Below, in pieces: positions 49,869 to 60,763 of a stretch of DNA of 64,000 nucleotides; position 1 is the first letter of the stretch; every line of letters starts with the position of its first letter. The notes under the pieces were generated by a model, which was given only the letters and a program-made list of their open reading frames with translations, was not told where the DNA came from and searched no databases. The stretch is from a virus (Duplodnaviria; Caudoviricetes), in the IMG/VR virus record IMGVR_UViG_3300024269_000048, positions 1 to 64,000 of that record, one strand, 5' to 3'. The position numbers were made by a program, and so were the translations under genes.

Positions 49869-50268
49869 AGTATACCTACTTTCTGCCCGTTTTGGGCTAT
49901 ATAATATTTTTACGGCTTGTGCCGTTGGAGTGGCAGTTCTTTTTTGGCGTGGAACTACCCTATAAGACACGCATATATAGTGCAAGGGATATAAATATCC
50001 CGTTATTTTCGTTAGTTTTGTCGGTTGCCGTTTTCTTTCAGTATCGGCTTGCGTGGTCAGTGACTCTCTATAAACTACACGCATTTACATACTTTTTGCG
50101 GTGGTATGTCGGCAATTCTCTCGGTGTTTTGCGTATGTCACGAATAAGGGACAAGTCAACCTTTACGCATATTAAGCGAGTATAGTACCTATTGCACCTA
50201 TGCACATATAATTCGCCCTCGTATTCCTTATAGGTTCGCCCTCGGTTCTCGCCAAAAATCACCCCCAA

Positions 50269-51460
50269 ACAACAAATATCACTACTTTTTGTAAGGTCGC
50301 ACTTTAAGGAAATACCGATATTTACTAACGGGTTCGCCTACTACTCTTTCAAAGACTTATTATAATATTTTCAAAGAACTGTGATACGAGCCTTGCGAAT
50401 TAACGCAAGTAAGGCAGGTTAATGCTTACTCGTTTTGTGAATATTCGCTCGTAAATTAGTTTAATAATTAAACTTGTTTTATGTGCGATTATTCACTTTT
50501 CAAAGAACTGTTTTCGAGAAACTTAATGTTGTTTGCTTTACCGAAAGTGTTTCTCGCCCTCTCGGTGACCTAATTATAGCACCAAACCAAAACGGACTAA
50601 AAACGCCAAAAAATACGAATTTTTCGGTAAATGGGGGTGGAAAAAACCACAAAGTAAAACCTAATTTTTTCAAAGATCAATGGGTAGTCTTTTTGGACAC
50701 TGACTGCAAAACAAAAGGCCCCAAATTTGCCCCTAAAATCCACCCTAAAAGCCCTCCAATCCAACCCCCAATCTATACCCCATTTCACCCATCTTCCCCC
50801 TCTAAATCCACCTACAATCCATTCCCAAGTTTTCCACATCCCATCCTACCAGTAAAACCCACACCTTTACCCACTTTTCCACACCTTTTCCACATCTCCA
50901 CATCCTAATCGCCAAACAACTAGCAAAATCCAATATTGGACACTTTTCCAAAATTCGTCCAAAATTAAACTCCCGTCCAAACTTCTAAGCACCTTTCCCA
51001 AAGCCTTTCCCTACCTATTTAATTAACCAACGCCCCAAAACCCAAAGTGCCCCTATTCCCAGTCACCGTCCCAACGTCCCCAAGCAAAACCCTACCTTTA
51101 TCTATTTAAATGCCCCTCCGGGGGTACTTTCCACCTCCCCATAAACACCTCCTCCCTATACCCCGGGGTACTTTTAACCACGCCAGATCCAACGCCCCTG
51201 GTCTCAGTACCTGTCCCCTATATCAGACCCTAGGCCCGAAGGCTTACGCCCCAGTACCTATTCCCTTTGCCCTAAGTCACAACCCCCACTACATAGTGCT
51301 TCGTCTCCTCGGATTATGTTTACATAACTCCGAAAAATATTATGTATTTATACATAATATTAATATCTATATACTTATCTATATCTATATCCTTATCTTG
51401 TTTATATCTCGTTTTATCCAAGGATATATCCTCTGGTTATATTTAGGTTTTGTTAGGTTT
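50269..51460. other. divergent non-coding region with extreme C skew; candidate origin or genome-end region
   Basis: Strand switch. Only 3 G in 50731-50910. TTTTCCACA occurs three times, GGGGTACTTT twice, and 51337-51420 is AT-rich. Confidence 0.5.
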
Positions 51461-51467
51461 TGTTAAA

Positions 51468-51553
51468 TTGTAAACAAATTGTAAATACTTAACATAACCT
51501 ATTGACAAAACTTTGGTTATATGTTAATATATCCACAACAAAACAAAATGATT
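51468..51553 (+). promoter_or_regulatory. sigma-A promoter with upstream TTGTAAA direct repeat
   Basis: TTGTAAA-CAAA-TTGTAAA (51468-51485), 16 bp, TTGACA (51502-51507), 17 bp, TAATAT with extended TG; ACAAAATGATT at 51543. Confidence 0.8.
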
Positions 51554-51565
51554 GGAGGAATTCTA

Positions 51566-51955
51566 ATGAATGAAAAAGAAAACTTTATCTTTATTGCAAG
51601 CTGGGCTTCTACCATAGAGTCGTTTGATGAGATGGGTCAGTCCGACATTGCCGGCGAGTTAGCCAAGCAAATTATTTACTACGGCACCAAGGGAGAAATG
51701 ACAACCGACAACCCTATGATTAGAGGTATTGTAGAAGGAATGTGCGTTGCGCTCATTGATCAGTCAAAGAAGAAGTATCAAGCGTGCAAGGTGAACGGAA
51801 ACAAAGGCGGCAGACCCGAGGCGTATCCTATCGAAGATATGATTAAGCTTCGAGATGCTGGACTTACCAACGAAGAGATTGCGGATAACCTTGGCTGTAA
51901 TGTGCAGACCGTTATTAGAAAGTTGAAATCTTTGCAGTCAGATGATGAAATCTAA
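51566..51955 (+). CDS. DUF6291-like (replication-initiator N-terminal type) protein with a C-terminal helix-turn-helix
   Basis: NFIFIASW...IIYYG...IDQSKKKY...NGNKGGRP, then GLTNEEIADNLGCNVQTVIR. Confidence 0.65.
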   Translation: MNEKENFIFIASWASTIESFDEMGQSDIAGELAKQIIYYGTKGEMTTDNPMIRGIVEGMCVALIDQSKKKYQACKVNGNKGGRPEAYPIEDMIKLRDAGLTNEEIADNLGCNVQTVIRKLKSLQSDDEI

Positions 51956-51987
51956 CACCACAAAATGATTAAGAAAGGAAATTAATA

Positions 51988-53252
51988 ATGTACTACTCAA
52001 CTTACCTTACCATTTTACCACTTGCTTATCACCCAGATGCACAAGAAGAAGCATATATCGAACTGACTGATCGAGATATGGATTATATTCGTACAACAAT
52101 GTCGTCAGACTTTGTTGATGTATGTTTTGATGTGCCGCAGATGTTTGTAAGACGTATTAGTGGCGAGTACATCTTTGGTGATGTTTGTGCAGCCACTGCT
52201 GAGATTAATTTATAAATGATTAAGAAAGGAAAACGCATAAATGAAAATTAGAGTTGAATACGACCCTGCCCCTATTCGCCACATTGCCGTCCGGTGTCCT
52301 CGGTGCGAACGCTGGTTCCGTGGTTATGACATCACTAATGACGAATTATCCTATGAATATCAAATCTTTTCTGCGGAATTCGACTGTCCAGTCTGTGGCG
52401 AACATTTTAAAGCCTACGACTACCCCAATGTGACCGTAGAAGAAATTGACTATCCCGATGTTTATAAGGATTGTCTTGAAAGAAAAGAAGTTTGGGAATG
52501 AAATGGCTGGAAGGAGATAAGGTAATGACGGCAAAAGAACTATTAGAGAAAATTAAACGAGAATTGGACAATTCGACTTCGACTCAATACATATGCGAAG
52601 ACGGTAGTGTAATTATCACTGATGTTGGTTGTGTCGAGGATTGGTTTGTTGAATATAGAGAAACGATTGAAAGGGAGATAAAATGATGAACGAAATAAAT
52701 TGGATGCAACAGGGCTGGGAATGTCCTAAGTGTGGAGCGGTGATGGCGCCGCATGTTAGTTGTTGTGTAAATTGTCGCGGTAATAAGGGTGGTGGTACCG
52801 CTACAACCATTTCCAATCCAATGATAACAAAAGCAAATTGGACTGGAGATGATCCATTAACCGAGCCATCTTCTATTTGCGGTCCAAAAGAAACTGCTGA
52901 CGAACAATGGGAACGATACTATTTGAATATTTAAGGAGGAAAGAACTAGCAAATGAATAAAAACATTATATGGGCCTGGGTAATTAAAAACAGTATCGTA
53001 ATTCTTGCTTGGACTGTTCTCGCTATCGCATTTAACAAATGGTGGATTGCTCTCTTTGCAATCCTGTTTGTAAACGGTTTAGAAACCAAATATAAAAGCT
53101 ATCGAGTCTGCGACCGCTGTGGCAAACAAAGTCCGTATGCCGACAGCCATAATGAGGCTCTTGAGAAAGCAAAGGAAGCTGGCTGGCTTCACATTGTAGA
53201 AGGCAATAAAGATTATTGCCCTGATTGTAGAAAGGAGAACAACTATGTATAA
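51988..53252 (+). CDS. small hypothetical proteins (51988-52215, 52241-52501 zinc ribbon, about 52525-52686, 52683-52934, 52953-53252)
   Basis: Co-oriented packed ORFs with RBS. Confidence 0.55.
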
Positions 53253-53814
53253 AGCTTTTATTGAAAATTCGCAAGGAACACAAACTATCTACCTCAACAG
53301 CCAATCCATTCGAGGATCTTGGATCGAGGGCGACCTTCTGAAAATCCCCTGCGACAAGGATGGTAACCTTGACTACTACATTATTGCCGATGTGGATTAT
53401 CGTGATACCATCTACGACATTCACAGATACGCCCACAAAGTAATCCCCGAAACTATTTGTGAGGCCGTTCCGACTCTCAAAGACGCTAACGGTAAACAAG
53501 TCTATATTCACGACATTGTAGAGTGTCGTGTGATTAGAAACGGTGGTCGTTGGAGTAACTGGGAACAAATTAAAAACATTAATCACGGTAAATGTCGCAC
53601 CTTACCGATGGAAGTTTGTTATGAAGACAATCCCTTCGGCTATGTGAAAGGACTCGTCTACACATTTGAACCTACCAAGGAAGGTAAGGCACTGATTGAG
53701 GAATATGAGAAGCCCGTAGGTGCAGAGAGAACTAGACAGCATATCAATTGGTACAACATCGTCAAAGAAGATGTGTGTGCCGTATTAGGAAATATTTTTG
53801 ATAAGGAGAATTAA
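53245..53814 (+). CDS. YopX-family protein
   Basis: WIEGDL...PETICE...LKDANGKQVYIHDIV...VLGNIFD. Confidence 0.7.
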   Translation: MYKAFIENSQGTQTIYLNSQSIRGSWIEGDLLKIPCDKDGNLDYYIIADVDYRDTIYDIHRYAHKVIPETICEAVPTLKDANGKQVYIHDIVECRVIRNGGRWSNWEQIKNINHGKCRTLPMEVCYEDNPFGYVKGLVYTFEPTKEGKALIEEYEKPVGAERTRQHINWYNIVKEDVCAVLGNIFDKEN

Positions 53815-53816
53815 TT

Positions 53817-54379
53817 ATGACAGGCGTAGAAATTTTAAATGAATATGTAGTGAGCACTACTCCAGTATGGGTTATAGTGGTATTTATACTTAGCGCAACA
53901 GGCACATTTGTTTTCGGCGTTGGAATACAAGAGAGCATAAGCGATGTTGCTCAGTGGATTTGTTTGGTTGGTGTAATTATTTGTCTGTTAACAATGATGT
54001 TCGTAGGTTTGATTGGATTCTGCACCAACGCATTCAATGAATTTAGCCACATCGAATACAAAGTTACCATCGACGACTCCGTCTCAATGAACGAGTTTCT
54101 AGACAAATACGAAATCCTTGACCAAGAAGGCAAGATTTATACAGTAAAGGAGAGAGAATAATGGCAAAACTATTTAAAATTCAGGCATACATCGTAGACC
54201 CCAACGGAGAGTTTGATACTAACGAACTTGCCGACATAATGGAATATGGTCCATACGATATTCATCTTAGACATATAAACATTAATGAAGCCAACCTTGG
54301 CGAATGGGACGACGACCTGCCCGTCAACTATATTGACTGCCCCGAGGCAGAATTCGAAAAATACTTTAAGGAGAATTAA
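53817..54379 (+). CDS. membrane protein (53817-54161) and hypothetical protein (54161-54379)
   Basis: Two hydrophobic segments in the first; coupled stop/start. Confidence 0.6.
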
Positions 54380-54381
54380 TT

Positions 54382-54792
54382 ATGACAGTAAGTGAACAGA
54401 TTATTCAGGTTATAGACGCATTGTGCGAAAAATTCGGCATTGCGATCAATTGGACAAGCGAAAATGTAATTCCGTACATTGAGGTGCTGTGCGGAAAGTT
54501 AATTGCATATGAAATTGGTACTTCAATTGCTTGGATGGTAATTATGATATTGCTGAGTATTGCGAGTATTGTGGCTACAAAGAAGCTTGCTCCTACTTTT
54601 AAAAGGGGTTTAGAAGAGCAATCTGAGTGGGATATTGTTTGGACGATCGCTACAACCTTTGCAATTATTGGACTTGTGATCCTTAACTTAGCGACCATTA
54701 TAGTGGTTGGCGTGCAAGTTATGGACATTATCAAGTGTGCTAACTTCCCCGAAATGTATATTTTTGAGTATCTTAGCACATTAATTCAGTAA
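54382..54792 (+). CDS. two-transmembrane membrane protein, paralog of 38107-38511
   Basis: VIDALCEKFGIAINWT...PYIE...IGTSI. Confidence 0.75.
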   Translation: MTVSEQIIQVIDALCEKFGIAINWTSENVIPYIEVLCGKLIAYEIGTSIAWMVIMILLSIASIVATKKLAPTFKRGLEEQSEWDIVWTIATTFAIIGLVILNLATIIVVGVQVMDIIKCANFPEMYIFEYLSTLIQ

Positions 54793-54807
54793 TAAGGAGA
54801 ACCAAAA

Positions 54808-57142
54808 ATGAGAATATGCGATATTTGTAAAACCAGAGAAGCAGCATATGATACTTCTGTTACACTTGATGATAGTGGTTTCACTCGAAAAATCGAAACT
54901 TGCAAACCCTGTTTTCACGAACTATCCAAGAGAGAGTCGGAACATCAATATCTCGCCTATGTTGAAACCGTCGAGGCAATGACGGGCAAACGCCCACCTA
55001 AGTCTCATTGGTGGGATAGAATTGAATGGTGACCACTTGCCCAATGAATTTTTAAAGGAGAATCAACTATGAACGATGAACTCACAGCCGAAAATCTTCG
55101 GAAACTTGTCGATCAGGCAACATCATATAGCCCACGCAACGAAGTTTTTGTCGCTCCGCCAGTGAGATGGATATATGAGTTACAAAACAACCCCGAACGC
55201 TTTTATCGTAACGACAAAGACGAGTTAATATGGCTCGGTTATAAGGTCGTGCCCACTCCGACATACTCTAATGACGAGGTTTGTTTTTGGTTGATGGCAG
55301 ATAAAATTATTCCAAAGGAGAACACAAATGACTAAATTTAATCCTGGCGACTATGTAAAAATTAAAAACACCAGCAAGTCTAAATACAAAGAGGCTATAG
55401 GAGTTGTAGAAAGTTACTGTCACGGTCGCAATCCTGATATTTGTCGAGTGAAACTGTGGCGAAATTGTACCATTCAGATATTTGATTATAACTTAGAAGC
55501 ATTTAGCGTAAAGGAGAAATAACTATGATTAAAATTGATATAGAAATGCCCCAAAACTGTGCAGAATGTCCCTTTTATAGTGGCTCTCGTTACGGTGGAG
55601 ACTGTGCGGCGGCGTATAACGAATTGTACTTTGCCGGTGTTCTTGTGTCTTTTGACCGACACGAGCACTGTCCTCTTGAGGAGGTAGATGAGGATGAATA
55701 AAGGCTGTGAAACTTGTTGTTTTGGCAAAACTTTCGTTGTCAACAACGAAACACTTTATGACTGCACCCTAGATACTGTAAAAGAAATCAATTGTATATT
55801 TGGAGGATTTTGTTACTATGCACCCATAGAAGATGCTATAATTCCACCTATGACAAAGGAGAATAACAATGTTTAAACGCAAGAAAAAGAAAACAGGCGT
55901 TCAAACGCCTGAATTTAGAAAACCTACCCCGCCGCCACCACCTCCAACGAGTGGATCTAATGCACAGAAAACAGGCTCGCAAGTTCCACCTCAGTACAAC
56001 CCACCGCCCATGCCACCCGTTAAACCAGCAAAGAAAGAAGAAATTACTTTTAATAGAGTTCAATTATATTGCACTATTGACGACTTAAATGCTTATATTC
56101 ACAAGGCACTAGGAGATAAGCATAAAAACGATGTTTATGTCCCCATTAGCACAACAATCAACAGTCAAAATTTCAATGTGGAAATTGATTTTATGTCCAT
56201 CAACCCAGAAGAAGACGACTACGGTCGCAGAATTAGACTAGAGGTGAAACTATGATGCTCGGAGAGCCTTGTAGATATATAACACCCTGTGGTTGGTGTT
56301 GGAAATGGGATAAGAAGTGTGATAAGAAGATTGGGTGTGAGTCGCCTCCAAGAGGATTAAGAGCAAACATCGGAGTATACGATGACGCTATGAACCCTTG
56401 TGTTACATATGAGCCCTGTCAGTATTGCGAGTCTCACGAATATGGCGACCCCAAGTGTCCAACCTGTAGAAAAGAAAATTATAAGTTTTTTAAAGCAATA
56501 AAGGAGAACTAATATGGACCAGATACACGAAAACACCCCCAACTTTTACATCTGGACAGTCATAGAAGATGATGGCTATAAACACAGCGAAATGGGCGTT
56601 GCTATGAATATGAAGGACGCCTTTGAACAAGCCACAGAGTATGCTCCCTCTTGGCATAAGTATGTTGAGATTAGGAAATTGACTGCCGAAGAAGCAATAG
56701 AGAGGCTCGGTCAAGAGCGTTACGATGAATTTATGTCTTATTATAAGGAGGGCTGATATGGACTGCAATGATTGTAAATACTTAATGGTCACCGAAAAGC
56801 AACAAAAAGGAATTAAGCAAGCGGGCTTTGGGTTTGCACCCCATATCTGCACGAAGTTCAATAAGCGAGTATTCCATAGAACTTCAAATAGGATGATGCA
56901 TAACAGTTATTTGTATCCATGCGACGAATGTGAAAAGGAGAATGGTTATGACACTTGAAGCAGTATGGTTTAAAAACGGCAAAGAAATAGCATCGGTTGA
57001 TCCCGTGTGGGAAGTTAGCAATATCGATGACACTTACAATTTGCACACAATCAGAGTATTCAATGGCTACTATTGGTATTCGGCAAAAGATTGCGATGAA
57101 GAACCAGATGATTTTATAGTTAGAGTTAAGAAAGATGGTTAA
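54808..57142 (+). CDS. cluster of small hypothetical proteins (54808-55032, 55069-55335, 55328-55522, 55688-55876, 55869-56255 Pro-rich, 56252-56512, 56514-56756, about 56757-56958, about 56942-57142)
   Basis: Packed co-oriented ORFs, many Cys-rich. Confidence 0.55.
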
Positions 57143-57192
57143 GTGCCATTTTTACCTCAAAAACACGCAACTACTTAGACAAAACTCGACTT

Positions 57193-57222
57193 GGGGTACT
57201 CTCCTGCGACCGAGAATACCCC
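57193..57222 (+). terminator. GC-rich hairpin at the end of an operon
   Basis: GGGGTA-C-TCTC/GAGA-A-TACCCC stem; weak U-tract. Confidence 0.4.
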
Positions 57223-57259
57223 TTAGAAACCAAACGCCCTTAAAACGGCAATTACTTAA

Positions 57260-57342
57260 TTGTAAATAAATTGTAAATGATTTCATTACCCTCTTGACAT
57301 TTATTTACTTTTATGCTATTATAATTACACTACAAAATGATT
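57260..57342 (+). promoter_or_regulatory. sigma-A promoter with upstream TTGTAAA direct repeat
   Basis: TTGTAAA-TAAA-TTGTAAA (57260-57277), 16 bp, TTGACA (57294-57299), 17 bp, TATTAT with extended TG; ACAAAATGATT at 57332. Confidence 0.8.
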
Positions 57343-57356
57343 AAAGGAGAAGAATT

Positions 57357-57611
57357 ATGAAGAAAATTTTAGCAACATTTATGATTACCTTGCTTATGGT
57401 TCTCACTCTGACTAGCTGTGGTAACAAACAGATTATCGATTTCACTTACAAGTTCGACAAAGCTATTATTTCTTTGCCCAACGGTGACGTTGTTGAGGGC
57501 AAAGTTGAGAGCTGGACCGATTATGAGGATGGGGATCAGATTCAGATTAAGATTGACGGCGTTACCTACCTTGTGCATAGCTCTAATGTCGTACTAATTA
57601 AGGAGAATTAA
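57357..57611 (+). CDS. putative lipoprotein
   Basis: MKK, a hydrophobic stretch, then the LTSC lipobox. Confidence 0.75.
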   Translation: MKKILATFMITLLMVLTLTSCGNKQIIDFTYKFDKAIISLPNGDVVEGKVESWTDYEDGDQIQIKIDGVTYLVHSSNVVLIKEN

Positions 57612-57770
57612 TGAGTATGGAGATTTGGACCAAGACGAAGCCTAAAATTGATGATGAAGGCATTTGGATACCGGCAACTGACTATGTACCCGAGGGGTGC
57701 GAGACAAACTACAAGTTAATTGTGCCTAAAGACATATTTATCGAGGCATATAATAAATGGATTAAGGGGA

Positions 57771-58160
57771 ATGTTGATGAATAAGAAACCGTCAGAATAT
57801 ATAACAGAATTCTTGAACTTCGTCTCTGAGGCGCAGGTTCAGTATAGAATTTGCGAGGAAGAAGTTAATAATCAAGATAAACTCACGCAGGACTACCTAC
57901 ACAAACTTGAACTTGGCGAGTTGAAGTGCGACGAACGCAGTAAAGTTGCCACAAAACTGGCTATTAACCGCCAGGATAGGCGCTATTACAAGGACAGAGT
58001 TGAAGAATTCAAGACTATTGTGGACTTTTTTAATGATCCAGTCAATAAGAAGGTGCTTGAGAAGTTGAAGCAAGTACTCGGTGAGACTAGACGCTGGGAG
58101 TCGTATCACAAGGATAGAAAATATAAACCTAGAATTTTAAAGGAGAAGATAAATGGCTAA
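57771..58160 (+). CDS. coiled-coil hypothetical protein
   Basis: ORF with AAGGGG RBS, coupled to thg1. Confidence 0.65.
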   Translation: MLMNKKPSEYITEFLNFVSEAQVQYRICEEEVNNQDKLTQDYLHKLELGELKCDERSKVATKLAINRQDRRYYKDRVEEFKTIVDFFNDPVNKKVLEKLKQVLGETRRWESYHKDRKYKPRILKEKING

Positions 58161-58935
58161 CAAAAATGATTCACTTGGCGACCGCATGAAAGCCAACTAT
58201 GAAAATCGTGCTAAAACTTATTTAGTGCGTCGTATGCCCGTTATTATTAGGCTCGACGGCAAAGCCTTCCACACCTTCACAAGAGGTTTGCAGAAGCCTT
58301 ATGACGAGATTTTCCATAACACTATGAACGAGACTATGAAGTATCTCTGTGAGAATATCCAGGGTTGTAAGCTCGGCTACACTCAGTCCGATGAAATTAC
58401 CCTGCTGCTGACTGACTATGATACTCTTACCACCGATGCTTGGTTTGATAATAATGTGCAGAAGATTTGCTCCGTGTCGGCGAGTATGGCAACGATGGTC
58501 TTTAATGATGTTTTTTCAGAGCAGTATCATAATAAGATGTTTGAGGAGGAAGATCCTACTATTAATCCTTATTTTAACACTCTATTTACTAAGTTAAACC
58601 GAGCAATGTTTGACTCTCGTTGTTTCAATATCCCTATCGAAGAAGTAACCAATTGCTTCATCTGGCGCCAGCAGGATGCCACCCGTAACGCAATCCAGAT
58701 GCTTGGTCAGTGTAATTTCTCTCACAAAGAACTTCACGGCAAGTCTTGTAGCGATATTCAGGATATGCTAATCGACAAAAAGGGTATTAATTTCAATGAT
58801 ATGCCGACGGAATTTAAGCGTGGTGTATGCTGCCGCAGAGACGAAGATGGAAAATGGGTGCTTGACAAAGAGATACCCGTATTTACTCAGGATAGAGACT
58901 ATGTTGATAAGACTTTTAAAATAAAAGAGGTGTAA
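58153..58935 (+). CDS. thg1: tRNA(His) guanylyltransferase / Thg1-like 3'-5' polymerase
   Basis: IIRLDGKAFHTFT, YTQSDEI, FDSR, WRQQDATRN, FKRG. Confidence 0.93.
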   Translation: MANKNDSLGDRMKANYENRAKTYLVRRMPVIIRLDGKAFHTFTRGLQKPYDEIFHNTMNETMKYLCENIQGCKLGYTQSDEITLLLTDYDTLTTDAWFDNNVQKICSVSASMATMVFNDVFSEQYHNKMFEEEDPTINPYFNTLFTKLNRAMFDSRCFNIPIEEVTNCFIWRQQDATRNAIQMLGQCNFSHKELHGKSCSDIQDMLIDKKGINFNDMPTEFKRGVCCRRDEDGKWVLDKEIPVFTQDRDYVDKTFKIKEV

Positions 58936-58937
58936 AA

Positions 58938-59714
58938 ATGGCAAAATTTTTTGTAACATCTGATGTACACGGCTTTTTTGATATATTTCACAAATCATTG
59001 CTCGATAAAGGGTTTGAAACTGACAATCCAGAGCACCATTTAATTGTTTGTGGAGATCTATTTGACCGTGGTGATCAGGTGGTTGAACTATTTGAGTTTG
59101 TAAAGAACCTAGGCGATAGATTTATTTATGTCGCCGGCAACCATGAGTCGCTTTTATTTGACTGCATGGATGAAATTTACAAAGGAAAAGTGCCTCGCTC
59201 TCACCATTTCCACAACGGTACTGTGAAAACAATATGCCGTTTTTGTGGTCAGAACGAGTGGATTATATACGATCCTGCTTGGCGAGAGAAGATTTGTGAG
59301 GTTATGCAGCCCGTTTTGGACTTTATTAGCGACAATTGCGTGGATTACGCCGAAATTGGAGACTATGTCTTCGTGCATGGTTGGGTTCCTTGCCATCAGG
59401 GGCTAAATGACTTCAGAAATGCCACTATCGAAGACTGGGAGCGTGCAAGATGGGAAAATGGTATGGAAATGTGGAGAAATCCGAGATGCAGGGTCGAGGG
59501 TAAGGCTGTGGTGTGCGGCCATTGGCACTGTTCATACGGTTGGTCTCATATTAGACAGGAGCGAAAAGAGTTCCCCCAAAAGAGTCGTAAGGGTTGGGAA
59601 AAGTCATTTGAGCCCTTCGTGGATGATGGAATTATAGCTATTGACGCTTGTACGGCTTATAGCGACCTGTGCAATGTGATTGTAATTGAGGAGGATGGCA
59701 ATGGAAACAATTAA
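58938..59714 (+). CDS. calcineurin-like metallophosphoesterase
   Basis: SDVHG, GDLFDRG, GNHE, FVHG, GHW, IDAC. Confidence 0.9.
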   Translation: MAKFFVTSDVHGFFDIFHKSLLDKGFETDNPEHHLIVCGDLFDRGDQVVELFEFVKNLGDRFIYVAGNHESLLFDCMDEIYKGKVPRSHHFHNGTVKTICRFCGQNEWIIYDPAWREKICEVMQPVLDFISDNCVDYAEIGDYVFVHGWVPCHQGLNDFRNATIEDWERARWENGMEMWRNPRCRVEGKAVVCGHWHCSYGWSHIRQERKEFPQKSRKGWEKSFEPFVDDGIIAIDACTAYSDLCNVIVIEEDGNGNN

Positions 59715-60000
59715 GGTAACTACGAGACTTTTCTCCGAGGAAAGAGAAACCGTTTTGGTTTATGACAATATAGATAAGGTGTGGAGAATGGATTCTACCG
59801 TGCCTAAACATTTTAACAAAGCGTTAAAACAGGGCTGGACTCCTACTACTCAATATGTTTATGAGGATGGTATTGTTTGCGGTATGGCGTTAACGGCCCC
59901 TGCTAGAGCAATTACTATTAGAAATACAACAAAGAAGCAAATGTCTGAGAAACAGCTTGGTAATCTGCACGATAATGAAGATGAGGACGACGAAGAGTAA
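59701..60000 (+). CDS. hypothetical protein
   Basis: GAGGAGG RBS; overlaps the upstream stop. Confidence 0.65.
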   Translation: METIKVTTRLFSEERETVLVYDNIDKVWRMDSTVPKHFNKALKQGWTPTTQYVYEDGIVCGMALTAPARAITIRNTTKKQMSEKQLGNLHDNEDEDDEE

Positions 60001-60004
60001 TACA

Positions 60005-60052
60005 TTGACATTTTTAAGTTTTGTATTATAATAAATACGATACAAAATGATT
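60005..60052 (+). promoter_or_regulatory. sigma-A promoter
   Basis: TTGACA (60005-60010), 16 bp, TATAAT (60027-60032); ACAAAATGATT at 60042. Confidence 0.7.
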
Positions 60053-60154
60053 GGAGGTGTTCATATGTACGGTACTTTTTGGACAATTTATTGGAATTAT
60101 TGGGCAAATAGAAGAAAAGAAGAAACAGAACAGAATGATTAAGGCGGTGAATAT

Positions 60155-60751
60155 ATGATTATAACTAATGGAACTTGCTCAGTGTATATTCATATGAATA
60201 AGATTAATGGTAAAGTTTATGTCGGTCGAACCAAGCAAATTCCCGAAAAACGCTATGGGGCAGATGGTTCGCATTATCTTAAGCAGGACAAATATTCTGG
60301 AGAATATCTTCAACCATTGTTTGCTAACGCAATTAACAAATATGGATGGGATAATTTCGAACATGAAGTTGTTGCATCTAATCTTACAGAAGAAGAATCC
60401 AGAAATTTTGAAAAATTATTAATTGACGCACTTCACTCGAATGAAAAAGAGTTTGGTTATAATATGACCGAAGGCGGAGAGGACTTATCAAACCTCTGGT
60501 CTGAGGAAAGAAAGAGAAAACATAGCAATAGTAGAAAGATTTCTGTTCGCTGCATTGAGCTTGACCAATCATTTGAAACATTGGGACAAGCTGTTAAAGC
60601 AACTAAAATTAGTTCTGAAGAAATTCAAAAATGCTGTTGGAGTCGTGAAAAGAAGAACCGAAAGGGCAAGAAAGATAAAAACGGCAATCATTGGGAATTT
60701 ATTGGTAACGGTAAAAATAATGCTATGAAAAAATCACTATGGGCAAGATAA
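60155..60751 (+). CDS. free-standing GIY-YIG homing endonuclease
   Basis: SVYIHMNKINGKVYVGRT, FEK, GYNMTEGG, NUMOD-like C-terminus. Confidence 0.8.
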   Translation: MIITNGTCSVYIHMNKINGKVYVGRTKQIPEKRYGADGSHYLKQDKYSGEYLQPLFANAINKYGWDNFEHEVVASNLTEEESRNFEKLLIDALHSNEKEFGYNMTEGGEDLSNLWSEERKRKHSNSRKISVRCIELDQSFETLGQAVKATKISSEEIQKCCWSREKKNRKGKKDKNGNHWEFIGNGKNNAMKKSLWAR

Positions 60752-60763
60752 GGTGGTGTATTA

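Noticed and set aside
50474-51466. ORFs 50474-50908, 50597-50839 and 51110-51466
   Set aside because: Their Pro-rich or Gly/Trp-rich composition reflects the C skew, and they have no convincing RBS.
55869-56255. Poly-proline tract as a eukaryote-like signalling motif
   Set aside because: It is a short low-complexity segment in a small phage protein with no supporting context.
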